Of a DNA stretch of 64,000 bases, positions 55,090 to 64,000 are shown piece by piece (the stretch's first letter is position 1; each line of letters starts with the position of its first letter). The notes under the pieces were generated by a model. That model was given only the letters and a program-made list of their open reading frames with translations. It was not told the DNA's origin and ran no database searches. This DNA comes from the human T2T-CHM13v2.0 reference genome, Homo sapiens. The stretch lies in assembly GCF_009914755.1 (NCBI RefSeq), contig NC_060926.1; one strand, 5' to 3'. Position numbers and translations under genes: made by a program.

Positions 55090-55810
55090 TTTCAACATAA
55101 GGAACTAAAACAATTTGTCATATCAGCAGAAAAAAGCACATGATAAAATTTAAAAATTTAAGGCACATGGCAAAATTTAAAAATTTTAAAAATATTTATT
55201 AGCAGAATAGTAATAGAAGAAACTTCCCAACCCAATACAGAGCATCTGTATAAAATTCACAGGTAACATCATACCTACTGGTGAAACACTGAAGGCATTC
55301 CTCTTAAGAGCAGAAACAAATCAAGGATGTCCATCTCATTTCTGCTCAATATTTCATTGAAATGTATAGCGATTGTAATAAGTCAAGATAAAGTAATAAA
55401 ATGTGTTTAAATTGGAAAGGAAAAAATAAAACTGTCTTTTTTATAGAAGAAATGATTGTATACATGTAAGATGAGTAAAATAATGAATAAAATCTACAAA
55501 GAAGCTGCTAGAACTAAGAAGTGATATTGTTAAGGTTGGAGGATGAAAAATTCATTTAAAAAGTCAATTTTATGTACTAGCAACAAACAATTGGAAAATA
55601 AATTAAAACTGAAATGGAAAGTATGTATACAATAACATCAAAAAATGAAATTATAGTACCTGCCAATATAATAGTTTATTAGGACAAATTATATTTACTA
55701 ATTTTTTAAAACTTGAAATAGAAAGTTTCTGACAAGGGATAATTGAGCAAGATATGTGAAATAATGCACTTAAAAGTACAAAATATTTCTGGGAGAAATT
55801 ATAGAAATTG
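55090..55810 (+). mobile_element. Old L1M ORF2 (RT region) fragment (host, right part)
   Basis: gcagaaaaaagcacatgataaaatt...caaggatgtccatctc...aaatgattgtatac...aagctgctagaactaa. Confidence 0.75.
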
Positions 55811-56095
55811 TAGATTATTTGATTTTGTGGACACATAGTAGGCATATCTATTTGTGGGGTATTTGAGATATTTTGATACAGGCATGCAATGTGTAATAAT
55901 CACATCATGGGAAATGGGGTATTCAACCCCACATGCATTTATCCTTTCTGTTACAAACAATTCAATTATACTTTTTTAGTTATTTTAAAATGTACAATTA
56001 AATTATTGATTATAGTCACCCTGTTGTGCTATCAAATACTAGGTCTTAGTTATGGTTTCTAACTCATTTTTTGTACCCATTAATCATCCTCAGCT

Positions 56096-56166
56096 CCTAC
56101 CCACCTCCCCACTACCCTCCCCACTACCCACCTCCCCACTAACCACCTCCCCACTACCCCACTGCC
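56096..56166 (-). repeat. C-rich tandem repeat (cctccccactacc-like units); G-quadruplex-capable on the minus strand
   Basis: At least five G4 tracts plus G3 tracts with short loops on the minus strand. Confidence 0.8.
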
Positions 56167-56899
56167 TCTTATGACCCTCATTCTACTGTCTCCATGAGTT
56201 CAATTGTTTTGATTTTTACATCACATAAATGAGAATGTATGATGTTTGTCCTTCTGTGTCTGGCTTGGTTTATTTAACATAATGACCTCCAATTGAATCC
56301 GTGTTGATGCAAATGACAAAATCTCATTTTTTATGGATTAATAGTACTTTCTTTATCCAGTCATCTGTTGTTGGACTTGGGTTGCTTCCAAATCTTGGCT
56401 ATTGTGAACAGTGCTGTAGCAAATATGGGAGTGCAGATATCTCTTCAATATACTCATTTTCTTTCTTCTGGGTATCTCTCCAGCAGTGGGATTGCTGGAT
56501 CATATGGTATCTCTATTTTTAGTTTTCTGAGGACTCTCCAAACTGTTCTCCATAATGGTTGTGCTAATTTGCATTACCACCAACAGTGTACTAGGGTTCT
56601 CTTTTCTTTACATCCTCATCAGTATTTGTTATTGCTTGGTTTTGGATATAAGCCATTTTAACTGGGGTGAGATATCTCATTGTTGTTTTAATTTGCATTT
56701 TTCTGATGATCAGTTATGCTGGATGCCTTTTCATAAGCCTGTTTGCCGTTTGTATGTCTTCTTTTGAGAAATGTCTATTCAAATCTTTGGACAGTTTTAA
56801 AAATCAGATTATTAGATTTTTGCCTATAGAGTTGTTTAAGCATCTTATATATTCTGGTTATTAATTTTTTGTCAGATGGATAGTTTGCAAATATTTTCT

Positions 56900-59335
56900 C
56901 ACTATGGTTTGGATCCATGCCCAAATCTTTTGTCCAATTGAAATCCCCAGTGTTCAAGGTACGGCCTGGTGGCATGTGATTAGATCATAGAAGCAGTTCT
57001 CATGAATGGTTTGGCACCACCCCCTTGGTGCTATATTCTCATGATATTGTAGTGAGTAAGTTCTCATGAGACTGGTTGTTTGAAAATATGTAGCACCTCT
57101 CCCCACACACACTTTCCTCCTGCTCTGGCCATGTGAGGTGACTTCTCCCTCTTAGCCTTCTGCCATAAATGTAGGTTTCTTTCCTGAGGCCTCTCCAGAA
57201 GCCAAGCAGATGATGCTATGCTTCCTGTACACCCTGCAGAACTATGAGCCAATTAAATCACTTTTCTTTATAAATTACTCAGTAATTACTCATGAAAGGA
57301 GTGGGGCATTGCTATAAAGATACCTGAAAATGTGGAAGCAACTTTGGAACTGGGTAATTGTTAGAGATTGGAAGAGGCTGGAGGGGTCAGAAGAAGACAG
57401 GAAGATGAAGAAAAGTTTGGAACTTCCTAGAGACTGGTTAAGGTGTTGTGACCAAAATGCTGATAGTGACATGGGAAGTCAAGGCCAGGCTGATGAGGTG
57501 TCAAATGGAAATGAGAAACTTATTGGGAACTGGAGCAAAGGTCACTTTTGTTATGTCTTAGCGAAGAACTTGGCTCCATTGCTCCCCTGCACTAGGGATC
57601 TGTGGATTTTGAACTTGAGAATGATGATTTAAAGTATCTAGTAGAAGAAATGTCTAAGCTGCAAAAAGCATACAACATGTGGCCTGGCTGCTTCTAACAA
57701 CCTATGCTCACATGCTTGAGCAAAGAAATGGCCTATAGCTGGAACTTATATTTAAAGGGGAAGCATAGTGTAAAAGTTTGGAAAATTTGCAACCTGGCCA
57801 TGTAGTAGAAAAGAAAAGCCCATTTTCAGGAGAATTCAAGCAGACTGCTGAGCAACCACTTGCTACATAAATCTGCATAACTAAAAGGAAGGCAAGTGCT
57901 GATAGTCAAGACAATGGAGAAAAGGCCTTGAATGCATCTCAGAGGACTTCATGGCAGCCCCTTCTATTATAGGCCTGGATGTTTTGGAGGAAAGAATGGT
58001 TTCATGCACTAGGCTTAGGGTCCCACTGCCCTGAATAGCTTCAGGACATTGCTCCCCACATTCTGGCGACTCCAGCCTCAGCACAAAGGGTCATAGATAC
58101 AGCTTCAGCCACTGCTCTAGAGGGTGCAAGCCATAACCCTTGGCAGCTTTCAGGTACTGTTTAGCCTGTAGGTGCACAGAGTATAAGAGTTGAGACATGG
58201 AAGTCTCCACCTAGATTTCAGAGGATGTATAGAAAAGACTGGATGTCCAGGCAGATGTCTGTTGCAGGGGCAGAGCCCTCACTGAGAACCTCTACTAGGG
58301 AAGTGTGGAGGGGAACCGTGAAGTTGAAGCCCCTACACAGAGTTCCCACTGGGGCATTCGCTAGTGGAGCTATGAGAAGAGGGCCACCATCCTCCAGACC
58401 CCAGAATGGTAGAGTCAACAGCAGCCGATACCCCTCAGACTAGAAAAGCCACATGACTTATATGCCAATGTTGAATGTGGAAAAGGCCTTTGTAGGGGGC
58501 AGAACCCTGTAAAGCCACAAGGGTGGGCTGCCAAAGGCCTTGGGAGCCCACTCTTTGTATCAGTGTGCCTTGGATATAGAACATGGAGTCAAAAGTGATT
58601 GTTTTGGAGCTTTAAGATTTAATGACTGCCCTGCTGGATTTGATTTGCATGGGGCCTGTAGCCCCTTTCTTTGGGCTGATTTCTCCCTTTTGGAATGGGA
58701 GTATTTACCTAATGCTTGTACCACCACTGTATCTTAGAAGTAAATAACTTGATTTTGATTTTATAGGATCATAGATGGAAGGAGCTAGCCTCGTCTCAAA
58801 TAAGACTTTAGACTTTTGAGTTAATGCTGGAATGAGTTTAGATTTTGGGTGACTGTTAGGAAGGCATGATTGTATTTTGCAATGTGAGAAGGACATACGA
58901 TTTGGGAGGGGCCAGGGGCAGAATGATATGTTTGTATCTGTGTACTTTCTCAAATGTCTTGTCAAGTTGTAATCCTCAATGTCTGAGGCGAGGTCTGGTG
59001 GTAGGTGATTGGATCACAGGGGCACTTTCTTAATAATGGTTTAGAATCATCCCCTTGGTGCTGTTCTCATGATAGTAAGTTCTCATGAGATCCTGTCAGT
59101 TAAAACTGTGTGGCACCTGCCTCTCTTTTTCCCTCCTGCTCTGGCCATGTGTGGTGCCTGCTCCCATCACCTTCTGCCATGATTATAAGTTTTCTGAAGC
59201 CTCTCCAGAAGCCAGGAAAATGCCTCTATGGTTTCTGTACATCCTGCAGAACTGTGAGCCAATTAAGTCTCCTTTTTTAATAAATTAACCAGGCTCAGTT
59301 ATTTCTTTGTAGCAAAGTAAGAATGAATTAATATA
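56900..59335 (+). mobile_element. MST MaLR provirus: 5' LTR (about 56900-57283), internal region (about 57297-58923), 3' LTR (58924-59335)
   Basis: Two homologous LTRs in direct orientation; internal start ggagtggggcattgctataaagatacctgaaaatgtgg; polypurine tract tttgggaggggccaggggcagaa before the 3' LTR. Confidence 0.92.
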
Positions 59336-60272
59336 CTGTGCATTGTCTCTTCACTTTGTTGATTGCTTTCTTTGCTGTCCAGAAGATTTTTAACTGGATG
59401 TGATATCATTTGTCCATTTTTGCTTTGGTTGTTTTTACCTATGGGAAATTACTCTAGAAATTTTTGCCCAGTTCAATGTCCTGGATAGTTTCCCCAATAT
59501 TTTCTTGTAGCAGTTTTTTAGTATAGGGTCTTAGATTTAAGTCTTTAATCCATTTTCAATTGATTTTTGTATGGAAAGAGATAGGGGTCTAGTTTAATTC
59601 TTCCATAAATGGATATCTAGTTTTTTCAGCACCATTTATTAAAAAGGCTTTTTTTTTTCTCCAGTATATATTTTTGGCACCTTTGTTGAAAATGAGTTTA
59701 CTGTACATGTGTGGATTTGTTTCTGGGTTCTCTATTCTGTTCCATTGGTCTGTGTCTGTTTTATGCCATTTACATGCTGTTTTGTTTTCTATAGCTCTGT
59801 AGTATTATAATTTGAAGTCAGGTAATGTGACTCCTCTAGTTTTGTTATTACTGCATAGGGTAAGTTTGGCTATTCTGGGTATTTTGTAGTTCAATATAAA
59901 TTTTAAGTTTTTTTTTTCTATTTCTGTGAAGAATGTCATTGGTAGAGATTGCATTGAATCTGTAGATTGCTTTGGGTAGTTGAACATTTTAACAACATTG
60001 ACTTTTCCAATCCATGAACAGGAAATATTTTTTCATTTTTTGGTCCCCTCTTTAATTTCTTTCATCACTGTTTTATAGTTTTTTATTGTAGAGATCTTTC
60101 CCTTATTTTGTTAATTCCTAGGTATTTAACTTGATTGTAGCTACTGTAAGTGGGATTACATTTTTATTTATTTTTCAGATTGTTCACTGTTGGCATATAG
60201 AAATGCTACTTAATTTTACATGTTGATTTTGTATTTTGCAACTTTATTGAATTTATCAGTTCTAATGTTTTC

Positions 60273-60274
<2 letters not shown>

Positions 60275-60305
<31 letters not shown>
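60275..60305. repeat. (TG)n microsatellite
   Basis: Seen directly. Confidence 0.97.
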
Positions 60306-60306
<1 letters not shown>

Positions 60307-63300
60307 ATCTGTAGTCTTTAGGCTTTTCCAAATATAGTATCATATCATCTGTGAACAAGGATAATTTGACTTTTTCCTTTCCAATTTAGATGCCCTTTGT
60401 ATTTTTCTCTTGTCTAATTGCTCTTGCTAGGACTTCTGATACTACAATGAATAGCAGTGGTGAAAGTGGGCATACTTGTCATGTTCCAGATCTTAGAGAA
60501 ATGATTTTCATTTTTTCACCATTCAGTGTAGTACTAGCAGTGAGTCTGTCATATATGACTTTTATTATGTTGAGGTATGTTCCTTTTATACACAGATTTT
60601 TTAGGGCTTTTATCCTGAAGAGATGTTGAATTTTAACAATTGCTTTTTTAGCATCAGTTGAAATAATGACATGGTTTTTGTCCTTCATTCTATTGATATG
60701 ATGTATCACATTGATTGGTTTGTCTATATTGAACCATCCTTGCATCCATTGGATAAATTCAACTTGATCATGATGAATGATCTTTTTAATGTATTGTTGC
60801 ATGCAGTTTGCTAATATTTTGTTGAGGATTTTTGCATCAATATTTATCAGGGATATTGGCCTGTAGTTTTCTTTTTTTGATGTGTCTTTGTCTGGTTTTG
60901 GTATCAGGGTAATACTGGGCATATAATGAGTTTGGAAGTATTTATTCCTCCTCTATTTTTTGAAATAGTTGGAGTAGGATTGGAATTAGTTCTTTTTTAA
61001 GTGTTTTATAGAATTCAGAAGTGAAGCCATCCTGGGCTTCTCTTTACTGGGACACTTTTTATTATGACTTCCATTTCATTAATTGTTACTGGTCTGTCAG
61101 GTTTTCGATTTCTTCATGCTTCAATCTTGGTAGTTGTATAGTCGATAGGAAACTTGTTAGGCAGGAACGTGTTCATTTCTTCTAGATTTTCCAATATATG
61201 GCATATAGTTGCTCATAGTAGCCACTAATGATTCTTTGAATTTCTGCAGTATCAGTTGTAATGTCATTTTTTCATCTCTCATTTTATTTATTTGGATCTT
61301 TTCTCTTTTTTTCTTAGTCTGACTAAAGGTTTGTCAATTTTGTTTAACTTTTCAAAAGAACAGCTTTTTGTTTTATTGACTTTTTGTATTGTTCTGTTCA
61401 TTTCAATTTCATTTATTTCTGCTCTGATCTTTATAATTTCTTTTTTTCTACTAGTTTTGGGTTTGGTTTCGTTTTGCTTTTCTAATTCTTTAAGATACAC
61501 CATTATGTTGTTTATTTTAGGTTTTTCTTCTTTATTGATGTAGGCACTTACATCTATATACTCAATTCTGAGTACTGCTGTTGCTATATCCTATAGGTTT
61601 TGGTGTGTTGTGTGAAATTACATCATTTGTTTCAATTTTTTTTTTCAATTTTTAAAAAATTTCTTCATTGACCCACTGGCCATTCAGGAGCATACTGTTT
61701 AATTTCTGTGTATTTGTATAGTTTCCCAAATCCCTCTTATTATTGATTTTAGTTTTATTTCATTTTGGTCAGAGGAGATGCTTGATATTATTCTAGTTTT
61801 TCTGAATGCTTTAAGTTTTGTTTTCTAACCTAACATATAGTCTATACTTGAGTGTAATCCATGTGCTGAGAAAAAGAATGTGTATTCTACAGCCACTGGA
61901 GAAAATATTCTGTAAATATCTGTTAGGTTCATTTGGCCTAAAGTACAGGCTATATCTGATGTTTCTTTGTTTATTTTCTGTCTGTGAGTTTTACTCATTG
62001 ATGAAAGTGGGTTGTTGAAGTCTCCAGTTATTATTGTATTAGAGGTCTATCTCTCTTTTTAGTTCTAATAATATCTGCTTTATATATCTCCAAGTGTTGG
62101 GAGATATATTTAAAATTATTTAAAATTTTATATTCTTTTACTAAATTGACCCATTTATGAATATAGCGACCTTCTTGGTCAATTCTTCATAGTTTTTGTC
62201 TTGAAATCTATTTTGTCTGATATAATAATAGATAATTCTGCACTATTTTGATTTCTATTGGCATGGAATCTCATTTTCCATTCCTTTATTTTCAGTCTAT
62301 ATGTGTCTTTATAGATAAAGTTCAGTTCTTGTAGGCAGCAGATCATTTGGTCTTTTTTTTAAAATTCATTCAGCCATGTAGGTCTTTTGATTAAAGAGTT
62401 TAGTTCATTTACATTTAATGTTATTATTGATTACTAAGGACTTACTCTTGTCATTTTGTTATTTGTTTTCTGCTTGTTTCGTGGTGTTCTCTTTCTTCTT
62501 TCTTTCCTTCATGTCTTCCCTTTACTGAAGGTGATTTTTCTCTGTTGATATGATTTAGGTTCTTGCACTTTATTTTTTGTGTATTCAAGGTATGTTTTTT
62601 GGTTTGAGGTTACCATGAGGCTTGCAAATACTATCATACAAACCATAAAAACCATTATTTTAAGCTGATATTCACTTAATGCTGTTTGCATAAGCAAAAA
62701 GAAAACCTAATAAAAACCCCTGTATCTTAACTTCATCTCCCTGTTTTTTGAGTTTTTGTTCTTTCTATTTGTATTTTATTGTACTGCCCATGTCTTCAAA
62801 AATTGTAGTTGCTATTTTTGATTGGTTCATCATTTAGTCTTTCTACTTAAGATAACAGTAATTTATACACCAGTTACAGTGTTATAATGTTCTGTGTTTT
62901 TTGTGTGTAGTTACTATTACCAGTTTCTATTATAATCTGTTTGTTAAATTTATCTGATAGAATTCTGAATTTCTTTCCTGTGTTATCTTGAATTTCTATG
63001 AGTTTCCTCAAAACAGCTATTTTGAATTCTCTGTCTGACAGGTCATATATGTTTCTTCAGAGTTTTGTACCTTCGGATAATTTCTTACTGCTAATTAAGA
63101 TCCGTTTCTTTCTGATTGAAGTACTTCCTTTAGCAATTCTTGTAGTACAGGTCTGGTGTTATTGAAAGCCCTCAGCTTTTGTCAGAAAAAGTGTTTATTT
63201 ACCTTCATGTTTTAAGGAGGTATTCACCAGATATGCTATTTTAGGTATAGTTTTTTTTTTCTTAATCGCTTTAAGTATGTCATACTGGTCTCCCCTGGCC

Positions 63301-63423
63301 TGTAAGATTTCCGCTGAAAAGTCTGCTGCCAGATGTATTGGAGATTCATTATGTGTTCTTTGTTTCCTTTCTCTTACTGCTTTTAGAATACTTTTTTTTT
63401 AACTTTGGGAGTTTGATTATTCT

Positions 63424-63701
63424 TATTATTATTTGATGCAGGGTCTCACTTTGCTACCCAGGCTGAAGTACAGTGGTGCACTCATAGATCACTGTAGCCT
63501 CAACCTCATGGGCTTAGGGAATCCTCTGGCCTCAGTCCCCCAAGTAGCCGGGACTACAGACATGTGCCACCATGCCCAACTAACTTCTGTATTTTTTGTG
63601 GAGGTAGGGTTTTTACAAGTTGCCCAGGCTGGTATCAAACTTCTGGACTCAAGTGACACTCTCAAAGTGTTGGGATTATAGGCATGAACCACAATGCCTG
63701 G
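63424..63701 (-). mobile_element. AluJ
   Basis: cagggtctcactttgctacccaggctg...catagatcactgtagcctc...aaagtgttgggattataggcatga. Confidence 0.9.
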
Positions 63702-64000
63702 TGAAGACAGTCTTCTTTGAGTTAAATGCTCTTAGTGTCCTATAACATTCTTGTACTCGGATATTGATATCTTCCTCTAGGTTTGGAAAGTTCTCTGTTA
63801 TTATCCCTTTGAATGAAATTTCTATCTCTATTTCTTTCTCTACCTCCTGTTTCAGGCAAAGAACCCTTAGTTGTGCCCTTTTGAGGAAATTTTCTAGATC
63901 TTGTAGGCATGCTTTATCATTTTTCATTATTTTTTTAGTCTCCTCTGACTGCATTTTCAAATATTCAGTCTTCAAGCTCATTAATTCTTTTTCTGCTTGG

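Larger units (their letters stand above)
55815..64000 (-). mobile_element. Large L1MA-type LINE-1 (3' end at 55815; ORF1 runs off the window end), interrupted by an MST provirus and AluJ
   Basis: Antisense 3'UTR ttttgtggacacatagtaggcatat...; ORFs 60479..60922 (RT N-terminal: LIPKPDKD...NYRPISL), 61288..61503 and 63676..63981 (ORF1-like). Confidence 0.92.

Overview
This is primate (human-like) genomic DNA. It is AT-rich and dominated by transposable-element debris. I find no credible host protein-coding exon, tRNA, rRNA or CRISPR array; every ORF I can recognise is a decayed LINE-1 ORF1/ORF2 fragment, and the rest are repeat-derived or background-length frames. Main contents: a full-length ~6.15 kb L1PA3/4-type element with target-site duplication (14946-21084) nested in an older L1M; two near-full-length L1MA-type elements arranged tail-to-tail (48730-55085 plus strand, 55815-64000 minus strand); an MST MaLR provirus; about 12 Alu copies or fragments; many solo LTRs (MLT1, MLT2A, THE1, MST, LTR9, LTR33-like); DNA transposons (MER5A, MER45, MADE1); and L2, MIR, L3 and L4 relics. 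Subfamily names come from recalled consensus sequences, not from a database search. I do not see a new gene system. The strongest unexplained signals are three. (1) A chimeric patch at 42361-42782 built from a perfect fold-back hairpin plus two pieces that match the L1 6-10 kb downstream. (2) A series of further local templated-insertion or hairpin scars. (3) A ~2 kb zone (34250-36306) where adjacent repeats keep CpGs and show AT-to-GC changes, ending in an LTR9 with an octamer motif.
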